A program made the position numbers and the translations under genes. A stretch of DNA of 64,000 nucleotides from Ruditapes philippinarum (taxonomy: Eukaryota): assembly GCF_026571515.1 (NCBI RefSeq), contig NW_026863604.1, positions 62,001-126,000 on the forward strand. The letters are read 5' to 3'. The notes beneath the pieces were generated by a model. It had not been told where the DNA came from. It searched no databases and worked only from the letters and a program-made list of their open reading frames with translations. Below, piece after piece: positions 12,912-25,400 of this stretch. Positions within the stretch are counted from its first letter, which is position 1, and the number at the start of each line of letters is the position of its first letter.

Positions 12912-15046
12912 TTAAACATCACATTCTACATTTTTGTCATTTTCCAAGAGATGTTTATCATCCGGTAATGACACTGTAGCTTGATCATCATCATCGCGAA
13001 TATATACTGCTGTGTAATCACCACCGCTGTCATCTTCTGCAGCTGCTCTCTTCAACTTCTTCCGACGCCGACGGTTTCTTATTATAAAAAAGCCTGATAG
13101 AGAAAACCCTACAAATAATACACTGCATATCAGCAAGATAAAGAGAGTTTTCACCGTATGATGATTGCCGCATATTAAATCTTCGTTACTAAGTGCCAAC
13201 AAATCACGATCGCTATTGCTGGATGGATAGGAACATCTGAAGAAGAAAACAAAAAAAAAACATAAGATTAATAAAATGCAACATATTTGACAGTCCTTAC
13301 TAGTAAAGTATAAATGATAAAGAAAATGTTTGAGAATTCTCTTTTTTGTGTTTTTTTAAATTTACATTTCTTCCTTTATTCACTTTCATTTGTGAACTTT
13401 CAAATTGTGAAAAGTTTTATTTAAATGATGCCTAAAAAGGATAAGATATTGACCTGCTTTAGAAAGCGGGCTAATTTCGGGATTGTGGCTTTGTTCTCAT
13501 TTTTAATTTCAATGACTATTCAATTAATTGTCCTAAAATGATATATTGATCCAATAAACACTCGAACCGTACCATGACTTTCCCATAATCAAATGTTAAT
13601 GTTACTTTGCAATTTTTTGTCAGATGATTCGAATGAAAGCTGAAATAACCGCTGTATGATCACCTTTGCATCGTTGGTCAACATTAGGCAAATAATGGAT
13701 GATGACTATTTTGACCTAGTTTATGGTTAATTCCGAAAGATGTGCCAATCTGGTAATACCGGAGTAAAATATATATTTAAAAAACTGAGTATTTAGTGAA
13801 AAATTAAAAATATCAAAGTTATCTTACTCGAATGTGAAACTTTTCTTGTCAAAATTGTAGTGTCCAGCCTTTATCCACCTCATTCGGCAGTCACAGTGCA
13901 GTCTATTGTTTGACAAGTCAATCAGCCAAAGTGAATCCATCTGGAGCGGTAAGCTGTCAGCAGTGAATCGCAGAATATTGTTGTGTCTGTGCAAAATCCA
14001 TTGTTAACATGTATTAAATTGGAATTTAACATTTTATCAATCATTGTACATTTATTAAATATAGAAAATTTAAAGATACGAAGCTTTTGCTAATCGCAGT
14101 TCTTAACTTGTAAAGCTTTACTTATTCTGTTAAACGGTAACTTGCTTTAAAGAAATACATGTCATATATACTTTAACTAACACAATACGTCAGTTACTAG
14201 AATAAAAATAAGAGTGCATTGGGTTTAGTTTGAAAAAAGTTTACATTTGTTGCAACGATTTACGAGTATTACTTACCTTAAATACAATTCTTGCAAGTTA
14301 TCCGAAAAGTCTTCAATTCGTTTTTTGATGGCGATTGTTTCTATTGCATTGTTGTCAAGACTCAGTATGATCAACTCCGGCATGTATGGCATTTCATTTA
14401 GAACTGTAATCCAATTATGACTCAAATCCAGTGTCTTCAAACTTGGCATCATGTGAAATGAGGATTCTTTAAATGCAGCAAGTTGATTCCAACTCAGGTC
14501 AAGATATTCAAGTGATCGAATTTCCATAGACTCACTCTCAAGTTCTTTGATTTCACAATTAGTCAAATCCAAATAAGTCACCGACGGATACTCCAAGAAG
14601 TTAAAAGTATCAGAATGAATCACTTTAAGTGGGTTATGGCTTAGCTTAAGGTGACGAAGCCGTCTTAAATCAGACAAATCCATGTCTTTTAAGGTATGGC
14701 CAGAAACCAGATTATTTGAAAGATCAAGGTATAAAGTATTGTTCAATGATTTAAACGCATTGCTACTTATCACCGATATCCTGTTGTGCGACAAGTTTAA
14801 TGTCAAAACTGAATAGCTTAATTCATGGTAATTTAAGAAAGAGATGTTCACTAGGTTGTTAAAAGAAACGTCTAATGTTGCTATGTTTGATGGAATATAG
14901 TCAGTTTCAGGTAATGTCAAAAGTTCTTGACCACTGCAGTTGAAAATATTTTCATTTTGAAAACACTTTGTAAACTTACTTGAAGCAATGTCCGTTGCAA
15001 CAACTGTTGAAAATGTTATAACAATACACACAATCTTTGAAAACAT
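12912..15046 (-). CDS. Single-pass leucine-rich-repeat receptor-like protein, paralogue 2, 417 aa
   Basis: Coding exons complement(14277..15046, 13828..13986, 12912..13236), total 1254 nt, with the same intron positions and phases as paralogue 1. The start ATG at 15046 (MFSKIVCIVITFSTVVA, signal-like) follows an acceptor at 15061. Exon 2 reads HNNILRFTADSLPLQMDSLWLIDLSNNRLHCDCRMRWI. TM followed by RNRRRRKK; C-terminus ECDV. Confidence 0.9.
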
Positions 15047-16520
15047 TTCGGAGTTTTGTTCTGGAAAAAAGAGAGCAAAGCTTGTTATTTTCCATATAGA
15101 TATTGCAGCATTGAACATTTATCATGTTGCATATTATATAACGCATTTTATGGTGCACAGCATGTTAGCATGTTTACATTTTTATTTTACATTCAATAGT
15201 GTGTCGGACAATTAATATAATATTATAAAAACTAGTAAGATATTTGAAATAAAAAATTACAGTACAATAAAGTCAGGACAAATTATACTGATGTGTTAAT
15301 AAAAGTAAGAGCATGAATGATGTCATGCTATTGTGTTAACTGTATTTTTCTCCCGTGTAATCGGCAGGCTGACTCATGGTTTGAGGCCCGGCCTGAAATT
15401 TCACACTTTCCGAACATAACGCCATGCCATGTTAATCGTCGTAAACCATCTTTGCCATGCTGTTGAGGCAGATACATGTACACGTGTTTGCGTTCTAAAC
15501 GATTACCGAACAAAAATTATTTATGTAATCAAAATTCGAAATTCTAAGGTGAAACATTGCTTGATAAAATAAAATAACGTACAAAATAGTACTAAGATGT
15601 ACTGAGATTTTGTTTTCAATTTGTTATACATCAAAAGAGAATCTATGTCAAATTAAAGTATAACAAAAAATACAAATTCTTGACAAAAATATGACGATGA
15701 TGCATAGAAAATTGATACACTTTTTTGTTTTACCCAACATAGATTAAATATACTTAAATATAAGTTTAAAACAAAATTTATTAACATCCTAAGTGTTCAA
15801 CTGTCAGTATTTGATTAAACATGATTTGTGTTCAGTACAGGGCCTGCTGATGTTTGGTTTAAATGATAAAATATTTTGAAGATTATACTGTGATAACAAC
15901 ACGTTTGATTATCTATAGCTTCAAACATTAACTTGTTAGGTGGGAAAACTGGATACAATGCACACAATGTTAAAGCAATAAAAATATAAAAGTAAAACAT
16001 CTTTCGTATCTTTTTTAAGCTTCCTTTGCATTTAATGTCTTTTTTGCTGATTTTATTTGTTGTTGTTTTTTGTTTGTTTGTTTGTTTAGTTATAAGTTCG
16101 CTAATGTATAATCTATGAAATTCATATTATGCATTAAAGTAACTGATAAAAGATTAGAAATTTTAAAACCCAACTTTTACCCTTGTCATACACGAAGTCC
16201 GTCTTTTTACGATCGAAAATATTTTTAAAAAGGAAGGAACTAAGTTTTCCTTTTTTTCTGAATTCGACTAAAATCCATTTTGATAGTGAACATTAATTCC
16301 CATACACCGTTAAAACAATCGTTCTCGTCAATCTCCTCAATTATACATTTAACGAAAATATTCATCTTTTTAGAGGGGCGGGTACTGAGAGGAATAAAGA
16401 TGATATTTAAAAAAAACACATATTTACATTCTTTATTTTTTATCTTTTAAAGTTGGAAACACAAATGAGTGCTGGATTTTTAACATATTGGCATTCGATT
16501 TGATCTTAAAAGTAACCCAA

Positions 16521-16637
16521 AGTAAATAATTGTTTAAGTTTGGAAAAATAATTCAGTCTAATTAGTATAAGTAAATAATTGTTTAAGTTTGAAAAATAAT
16601 TCAGTCTAATTAGTATTAGTAAATAATTGTTTAAGTT
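16521..16637. repeat. ~50-bp tandem duplication, ~2.3 copies
   Basis: agtaaataattgtttaagttt(g)gaaaaataattcagtctaattagtat is repeated. Confidence 0.8.
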
Positions 16638-16724
16638 ATAAACTTGAAGTTTCAACGAAATACTGTTAAAAGTGCATTCGATACACCGGTAGAAATAAAA
16701 CTATTGATGTCTACCTCCCCATTT

Positions 16725-17347
16725 ATATATTACACGAAAGTATTTATCGTTTTGGATGTGGGGGAGTACTGGCAACTCTACTAGGGGAATAACAATTATA
16801 CTTTTGATACAAAATAGATATATACACCGTAACTTATCTAGTTGGGAACACAAACCAGTGTAGGAGTTTAACATGTTGACATTCGATTCAATGCAAAATA
16901 AATAGACTTCAAAGTAACTCAAAGTATATATTTGTTTAAGTCTGAAAACATTCAGCCAAAGCAGTGTTGATATACTTTGAAAATAAAACGAAATAGATAA
17001 AAATTGAACCCTCATAGACCGGCCAACACCGCAAAATTGAAAACTTCCATCGATTTTCGACCAACCCAAATTATTTAGGAAGGGAATGGAAATATACATC
17101 AAACAAAAATTGTGGTTTTGATATTGATATACTAACATATTGGTATGTTTAAAGTGCAGATACAGCAAAAGATTGGCATACACTGAAGATACAGAACTAG
17201 TACCTGCATAACTCACTTACCACAAACATTCTCGGTTACTTTACAATAGCATGAAAAATATTGCTTATTTATTGAAACTTTGCCTGGGATTTCACAACAA
17301 ATAGCTATTTCTGAAAGGACTAAGGATTCAAGCTGAGAATATCTTAG
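16725..17347 (+). pseudogene. Possible heavily decayed LRR-coding exon
   Basis: Fragments in shifting frames (FGCGGVLATL, KINRLQSNS, NEIDK/IEP, KLKTSIDFR, IQN*YLHN, ITHLP) end in GAA TAT CTT AG|GTAAG, like the 'YLR|gtaa' junction of both LRR genes. Many stops and frameshifts. Confidence 0.3.
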
Positions 17348-17379
17348 GTAAGTGTTATACTTTTATCTTGTGATTTGGG

Positions 17380-17381
17380 AA

Positions 17382-17414
<33 letters not shown>

Positions 17415-17450
17415 GATTTGGGTTTTTTATTATTATTATTATTATTATTT
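17380..17450. repeat. (TAT)n microsatellite next to an assembly gap
   Basis: Directly visible. Confidence 0.9.
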
Positions 17451-17464
17451 TCGTTTATCATCAT

Positions 17465-17747
17465 NNNNNNNNNNNNNNNNNNNNNNNNNNNNNNNNNNNN
17501 NNNNNNNNNNNNNNNNNNNNNNNNNNNNNNNNNNNNNNNNNNNNNNNNNNNNNNNNNNNNNNNNNNNNNNNNNNNNNNNNNNNNNNNNNNNNNNNNNNNN
17601 NNNNNNNNNNNNNNNNNNNNNNNNNNNNNNNNNNNNNNNNNNNNNNNNNNNNNNNNNNNNNNNNNNNNNNNNNNNNNNNNNNNNNNNNNNNNNNNNNNNN
17701 NNNNNNNNNNNNNNNNNNNNNNNNNNNNNNNNNNNNNNNNNNNNNNN
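17465..17747. other. Assembly gap (N run)
   Basis: Run of N. Confidence 0.99.
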
Positions 17748-18625
17748 GTAATTCATACGTTATTTTTAAGTGTCATATTTTTTCATAATCATACACAGTA
17801 CATAATATACATTTATTCTATATATACAATGTTTGAAATGGATTAGAACGAAAGATGTGAAATCTTATATAGTTCTTCTCCGAATGACTTAAGAATGACT
17901 TCAAATAATTCATTTCACTTGAACTGAATTTGAATTCTAATGATTTGCTAAGTTACTACGAAATAAAACTGAATCAAACGAAACGATCTATAATTTGATT
18001 GGATATATTCGCTATAAAACATACCAAAGGAGCGATAATTAAATTGAAAGACAAGATAAAAAGTATCATAATCTTAAATAACTTCACGCATAATTCATTC
18101 ATGAGCATCGCATTTCATAAATAAACAACAACAACACAAAAAACACGTAATTTTTGTTCGACTACGTCAATTAAAAAAGTTGTTTATGACGCTGGAAATA
18201 TTTTCCAAAATCAACGCAACAACACCATGAGTGTATGATGCAATACTACAAACTTCTATTTTGTATACGTGACTTAAATGCGGTCACACACAGTTTACAT
18301 GCGTAAGTTTACATGCGTAAGTAAATGCTACACTTAACTACCTTTACATCAAAACAAGTATAAACAAATAATGACTTGCATTCACAAATAGTATATGAAT
18401 CTTTATGTTGCGAAATCATCAGTGTAAAATATTTTATATTTATAATTTGTATTTAATTCTTTATGTGCTACTTATATCCACAACCATGGCATTTAATAAC
18501 TTGAACAATAAACTGAAGATAAACTTGCATAAAGTTCTGGGAAAAAGTATGCCCAAAATCAAAAAAAAAATTACATTTTATTCAGACACGCTTCACGCTA
18601 TTCCACTATCATACAGGACTGCAAG

Positions 18626-19044
18626 GTGCATTATTACCCGATATATGCACAGCACAAGAAAAACGAATGATTGTACGTCATCGTATAACGTAAAATATGA
18701 CGTAAATAAACCAAATGACGTTAGAAGAATTACCTTTTCGCTAAATGTAGTTTAACATATTTTATCAATGCTCTTTTTTATTAGCATGTATTAATGGAAA
18801 TATATATTAATTTTTCCTGCATTGTAGTATAATAATGCACGGTTTATCGTATTAATCACACAGACCTATCGGCCTTCGTAATTATATTCCTGCGCATTTG
18901 AACTCGAAACGTGCATCATTCTGCAACAATGCACTCAAAATTGATATTTATGTCCTAATATCAATTTTGAGTGCACTAATGTAGAATAATGCAGGGTCGG
19001 AGTTCAAATGCGCAGGAATATAATCACGAAGGCCAATAAGTCTG
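18626..19044. mobile_element. Non-autonomous element: 11-bp inverted-repeat pair followed by a ~184-bp imperfect hairpin
   Basis: GTGCATTATTA (18626-18636) pairs with TAATAATGCAC (18830-18840). The hairpin arms run from cagacctatcggccttcgt (18861) to acgaaggccaataagtctg (19044). Confidence 0.6.
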
Positions 19045-20008
19045 AGCGGGGACAGAAGATTTCTTCCGTCCCGGCCCAGTGTAATTTACAAAGTTTTTTA
19101 ATAACCCGGGGAAATTTATACTTTTATGCAAGAAATTTAATATTATTCAATTTAAAACACCAAGAAAAAAAAAAAATTATTAAAATATGTTGAACTACTT
19201 TGAGCGTAGAATTAATTTTCTTCTTAATTTTCGTCATTTTGGGTTTATTTTTACGAATTTTGACTTTTTTTGCGTGAATAGCTTATCGTTTATAAGGAAA
19301 TGTCGAAGCGTGTTAAAATATTTTTAAAGAACAATTTTTAAATTCTTTCAATCATTATTGTTACGGATGTTTTCCTTTGAAGATGCAATTAAAAAACATT
19401 TAAGTACATTTGGTAAAAGAAAATTTTTGATGTTTATAAAAAAAATCAATCATCAAAATAGTTCGTTGGAAAGGTGAATACTTTTCGAGAAATACTGTAT
19501 ACTAGGACCCCGAGAAAATTTTGGGGAATTTTAAAGCAGTTTACCAGTTTGAGTGTTTAAAAATTTTATGGGGGTTTTTTAAAAAAAAGTACGAAAAATT
19601 TTTATTTTTTTTTTCATTCGGGGAATTTGACTGGATTTTCCTTAAAAGGATCCCAAAATGTTTTTTTGTGGGGAGAAAAATCTTTTTCTTGAAAAATTTG
19701 AACAATGCTTTATACATTGTAATAGTTACTGCATAGCCTCTTTTTGGAATTCTAAACAGGAATGCGTCTTAAAATATTTACATATATCCGTTATGTTCTG
19801 CTAAGTAATTCACCTTTTTTAGAGAAAATCGAACACATTTTAATAGCAAAGTCACAATATCTACAAAAGATGAAAGTTAATCAATATTGCAAGGTTCAAA
19901 TGATCATAAATGCAAGAACATTTTAGGGGCTTAGGCAATGAATGCGTTCACGTGCTTCTTTATACACAAATAAAGGGGCATTAATAACATTCCTCTATAA
20001 TATAGTTT

Positions 20009-20009
20009 A

Positions 20010-20068
<59 letters not shown>
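20009..20068. repeat. (TTA)n microsatellite
   Basis: Directly visible. Confidence 0.9.
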
Positions 20069-20309
20069 CTGATTAGACTAAAATGATGTGATAAGCCTTA
20101 AAATTTTTGGACAACCGCCTTACATATGTATAATTTGTCTGTCATTTTATAACGCAAATGTTTAATAAATTTATATAGCTACATATACCTTTAAGATATA
20201 TTGGTCAAAATTAGACCTTTATAATTAACATAATTCATACGCAAATGCTTAAAAGCTTTTTGAGTGTTTTTTTAGTAATATTTGTCAATAAAAAACCGCA
20301 ATGTCCGTT

Positions 20310-20460
20310 TAATAACAATTGGACAGATAAAAAGTATGTTAAATTCCTATTGGCTGGTTGACTTGACATCACGTTTTATTCAAAATTATGTCGAAATATT
20401 CACCTGCGGTTTTAGCTTATTTATAACGTTGTCGGGCGCAGGAATATCGTCAAGGTAAGA
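20310..20460 (+). promoter_or_regulatory. Candidate promoter and non-coding first exon of Cys-rich peptide gene 1
   Basis: Inverted CCAAT boxes (ATTGG at 20318 and 20349, 31 bp apart), a CpG-containing segment and a strong donor AAG|GTAAGA at 20455. A matching acceptor lies at 22218. Confidence 0.4.
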
Positions 20461-20648
20461 ATTTTAGAAATCAAAAGTAGGCTGTGCCGAAGTAATTAAT
20501 TTTCTAAAGATACTGATTTATTTAACTTATGTGAACATGCTTACATGTTCAATATTTTAAAAACATTATAAAATTTCTGAAAGGATAGCTCGTTATTAAG
20601 TTACTAGTTATTAATTATAGTCCACATTGTAATTTTAAATTAATAAAA

Positions 20649-20885
20649 TGAGCCGTGTCATGACAAAACCAACATAATGGGTTTGCGACCAGCGTGGAGC
20701 CAGACCAGCCTGCGCATCCGCGCAGTCTGATCAGGATCCATGCTGTTCGCTTACAAACCCTATTACAGGTAGAGAAACTGATAGCGAACAGCATGGATCC
20801 TGATCAGACTGCTCGGATGCGCAGGCTGGTCTGGATCCATGCTGGTCGCAAACCCATTATGTTGGTTTTGTCGTGACGCGATTCA
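20649..20885. mobile_element. Fold-back MITE, ~237 bp
   Basis: ~100-bp inverted arms (tgagccgtgtcatgacaaaaccaacataatggg...). Four more copies occur in the window. Confidence 0.9.
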
Positions 20886-21356
20886 AATATCAATTTGATA
20901 TCCCAAAAGAGAAACGGGAAATATTTGCATTAGAAAGTGAAGACGACTCAATCATAAAAATTAAGATCAATTCATATCATTTATCAAAAGACATATTTTG
21001 TTTAGTGTAATTTTTGTTAGATATTTTTTATCTTAAAGTCATAAATTTACCAAATATAAAATTGCAATATCAATTAAATCTTTCAAATTTTTAATTCATT
21101 CTCTGCTTCAAAAATACCTTTACTTAAAATGACAATTGTTCTGCAAAATCGTACCTTTAATTAAAGTGACAATTGTCTTGCAAAATCGTACGTTTAATAA
21201 AAGCAAAATTAAAAACGGTTTACTGCTAAACTCAACTGAAATTGCATTATTCGTGTTCTTTTTTTTTTTGCTTTTTTTTTTGTTTCTCAGTATTACATTT
21301 AGTTTCAAAAAGAATATAAAAAGTGCGTAAATCATCTTTATTTGTATTTTATCATA

Positions 21357-21490
21357 NNNNNNNNNNNNNNNNNNNNNNNNNNNNNNNNNNNNNNNNNNNN
21401 NNNNNNNNNNNNNNNNNNNNNNNNNNNNNNNNNNNNNNNNNNNNNNNNNNNNNNNNNNNNNNNNNNNNNNNNNNNNNNNNNNNNNNNNNN
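21357..21490. other. Assembly gap (N run)
   Basis: Run of N. Confidence 0.99.
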
Positions 21491-22272
21491 TAGATTCTTT
21501 TATTTCATGCAATTAATACTTATAATCATATTCTTTAAACAGAAACACATTTGAATTGCTTTCTAAAACATAGAACTAATATTATTACTTTATTATTGAG
21601 AAGAGACAATACTATTACCTTATGTTTTTATATCTGTAAAAATATCTTTGAGTATTTGCCTGTTTTTCTGTCAGTTTTCATTTTTTTTATAGACAATTAA
21701 TTATTTTCTTTTAAATTAAGTGCACTGTAAATAAATACCCGTACACTAACAAAACTGTTTAAGATTGATATCATTACAACTTCGTTCTAGTTTGAGCGGT
21801 CTTTTCAGTTTCCATTTTGACAATTTCTTAAAAAATATTTATTCCCAACTAAATAACCAGCAGGAAATCATAAAAACGAAAGAGGGCTTGATAGAGTTCA
21901 TATAATCGTATTTTATAAGAGAAAAAGCACCAATTTATAGAGAATCAAACAGGCATGGGTCCGAACATCTTTTAGTTATTAAACCGTTGTCATGAGAAAC
22001 ACACATATATGTGTAAGTAAGCAAGCTTGTTGAGAACACAATATAGAAAGGAAGTTTGAAAAGAGAAGGGAAAGAAGAAACAGGCAAACGTATATGATCT
22101 AATATTTAAATGTTAAATACTTTCATTGATAAAGCAGTGTGCTCTTTTTGAAAAAAAAATGACAAAAGGTTATCGTTCCAGTAGAATAGAACATTAATGC
22201 CGTTTTTTATATTTTTAGGTAGAAATAGACAGAAACCAAGGTGTGTGAAATAATATCACTCTGCCAGAACTG

Positions 22273-22473
22273 ATGGATATATCAAAAATGTGTGTCAGGA
22301 TATTGAAAACAGTAGTGTTAGTTTTATTATTTGTGACTTTGGCTTACAGCCTGTGTGCAAGTGTCGGTTGGGTTGGGTGTGTGGACAATGGATGTTCAAA
22401 ATATGAAGAAGGAACATGTCAAAATGTTGGAAGAAGACCAAGAAATATATGTGTTTGCACTATAGATCACTGA
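22273..22473 (+). CDS. Secreted cysteine-rich peptide precursor 1 (66 aa, defensin-like six-Cys mature region)
   Basis: Hydrophobic signal ending in AYS, then a 40-aa mature region with C-x7-C-x4-C-x7-C-x10-C-x-C. A clear paralogue at 29275 shows synonymous-type differences. Splice acceptor at 22218 in the 5' UTR. Confidence 0.85.
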   Translation: MDISKMCVRILKTVVLVLLFVTLAYSLCASVGWVGCVDNGCSKYEEGTCQNVGRRPRNICVCTIDH

Positions 22474-25400
22474 CATATAAATATGAGACCTCGTGCTTTC
22501 ATTGTTTTCGCTGATGGAATTACTTCGATCGGACCAAATTGAGTTTGAAGATAGACTTGAGCAACGGATGAATGATAATTTTGCAGAATCCGTTTAGTCT
22601 AAAATAGAATCTAAAACTTGGAAATGGAAAAATGTATCATTATATCATCTCAAATACATGTAAAAAGAACTCATTAAAAAAGGAAGTGTTAAAGTAATCA
22701 AGATTTTGATACTGACATAATCTAACATCTAAATATATTTAAGATAAGACATAGAAAAAAGAAGAAAAGGATGCTACGAAAAAAAGAAAAGAACACGTTT
22801 TCAACCGCTCGCTGTCTAAACTATGCCTACAAATTAACAGGTCTGAACTTATCATGTAAAGAAGAAAAACATTATTCTATTTGCCTTTCTGTTTAACTTT
22901 CAACATCTTTCCATGAATATAGTGTTTCATCGTTATGTTTGTTTTCTCTATTACATTTGTTCAGAATTCATTGCATTTAATGGATGAATTTTGATAATAT
23001 TTTTGTGTTATTATATACATTTTTATTATTTTCTTACGCTTTACATGGGATAGAAATCTGTTTACTCAATATTTTGTTTGAGCTGTTGCCATTCATGCAT
23101 TCTTACAAGAAATTATGTCTTTAAATAAAGTAAGAAATAAAAGTTAAATTAACATTGTCATTAAAGTGTTCTTATCTTTCACTGATCTCCCCTGTTTGCT
23201 CTTGCCATTTGCATATACTAACAACAGAAAAGGGGAGGACCCTTGGAAGCTTTTAAAACAAAATAACATGAAAATTGCAAAGGTCAGTTTCACAAGGGAT
23301 CATCAGAAAAACACAAAATGCTGTCCGCTATCAGCGGCTTTAGCGATTTTCAACAGCAGTATTAAGTCTTCCATATTTTATGTGCTGTTACCAATGATTC
23401 CTAATGTCCTGAAGAAATATTACAACACAAAAGTGACGAACGGACACATTTTTATTACTGCCATTGATATAATTTTTAATCTTTAACTGAACAATTTGCT
23501 ATGCAATGGATCGTAATAATGGTCATAATTTTACAACCATTTCATTGATAATTATGTGTCATCTGTGTTATGCGTTTAACATGTCTTAATTTAGATTGCT
23601 TACACAACATTTATTTTAAAACACTTGACTGCCACGTCCGACAGGGAGAATACACTTGCCTATTTCTGGAAGGTTCGTGATATTGTAATATACAGTATCC
23701 GTTCAAATGTATATGGTTGTCAACAGAAATCAATTCGAGCAGGCCTCATTCACCCTTTGTATACATGGCGACTGAATATGTTTTTCATAAATTGGCATTG
23801 CGTTCTATACAAATAATTATAAATAATAAATAACAAAAAAAAGCATTTTATTTACATTATCATAACAATTATATTATTAATTAGGATAAATATTGAAACC
23901 ATCGTTGACAAATAGCCAGCATTTAAAGTATAAAGCAAGATATAAATATATACATACGTTTTTTCGTATACACATTTTTGGAGGTTTGATGAACAAATAC
24001 AACATGTAAATACATACAACAAATATTCTGTTCAACAGATATCGAGATTGACAGATTTTAGAATACAAAATGTATTAAAAAGAAACAACAGAAACGTTTA
24101 TGTAGTTAATAAATATAACGTAACCCTAGGAACATGTGTTTATTCAAAATTAACAATCAACAGACAAAACATATGTGTGTCAATCCTATTCAGCTGATTC
24201 TTCGCCAATGTTGAACTTTTGCAAATTATTTTAACTGACAACAAGTTCGAGTTGAAAAATTCATAATCTATTTGCAATTTAATTGAATTTATCTGCAATA
24301 AAATTGTAATGAAGTACATGTAAATAAACAGCATCGTAAGTTGCACAAATTCCATTCATCTTGTAGAAGAAAACTGTTTCAAATTCAACAGGCCAAAGGA
24401 CCATGTGTACATTTTTGTATATAAACAGCAAGTCGTGTGAGAAATCTGGAAAAAATATTTGTATTGAGAAATAGATAAAATGGTGCGTATCGTGTATCAA
24501 TCGGAATGTCCTCGGCTATTATTTATAATAACCTCGGAAACAATACAAAGTGAAAGTAGTTCTACCCCGTGATTTCAGATGTTAAGAGATTATCTTCGAT
24601 AATGCAAAACGAATGTTTATATCCAAAGAAAAATATAGTCTTATTCGGTACATTTATGATTGAAAATATGTCTGACAACCATTTTTAATTTATTTGACCA
24701 TTGATGTACAATTTCAAACAAATCCGACTAAATGTCAACAGGTTGGCATTTTGTACTTTCTGTTTCTACAACCATAATGATAAGTATATAAATAATGCAT
24801 TGTTTACTGTTATATCTTTGAACTTACTTACTTTAGGTGGACGACTTTTACTTGATATTTCTGATTACCATTTGTTTACATGTTTAGTTTCTTAGTGTAG
24901 GTTAGACCGAAATACCGTATCCGTTCTGTGTATTCCTACTATTGTGTTCGAGGTCCTTATCCGAAGACTGACGGAAAGGGCAGAAAAGTTGCGATTGTGT
25001 CGTGTGTCTGTCAATTACATGGCGATGTCCAATGTAAGTAGATTACAAGCCAATCTGCATGTCTGAACTTATATTTTTAAGAAAGCTTTTTCCGCGTTTC
25101 AATTTGCAATAAACTGTTACTGCCTGTCACAAACATATGTGTATAAATATGAAGACTGCGGTTTTGCTTCCCTTTTGAGAATATAAAGATCACAAAGACT
25201 TGTTAGTTAACATAATGATTCTTTTATTACCTTATTTGATTTATATTAACACATCTCACAAAGGGTCTCTCTTCAGTAAAATTACTTCAATACATATTTT
25301 CAGTTCTTCCTTATCACTTTTACAACCTTATTTGATTAGTATTTATTAACACATGTCACAACAATGTTCCTTTTCGGTAAAAGTACATAACATACTTTCT

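Noticed and set aside
8126-15046. Calling the LRR genes Toll-like receptors or ITIM receptors
   Set aside because: There is no TIR domain before the stop, and YTAV has Gly at -2, so it does not fit the strict ITIM consensus.
15047-15118. Extra 24 N-terminal residues of the LRR paralogue 2 ORF
   Set aside because: They span a polypyrimidine tract and the AG acceptor at 15061; the signal peptide starts at ATG 15046.
16701-17216. 171-aa minus-strand ORF
   Set aside because: No recognisable domain, AT-driven composition, non-ATG start; more likely an antisense shadow.
17352-17846. ORFs spanning N runs (also 21120-21554)
   Set aside because: Artefacts of assembly gaps and (TAT)n repeats.
20694-20876. 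60-aa ORF and similar ORFs at 46244, 51922 and 51987
   Set aside because: They lie within copies of a non-coding palindromic MITE.
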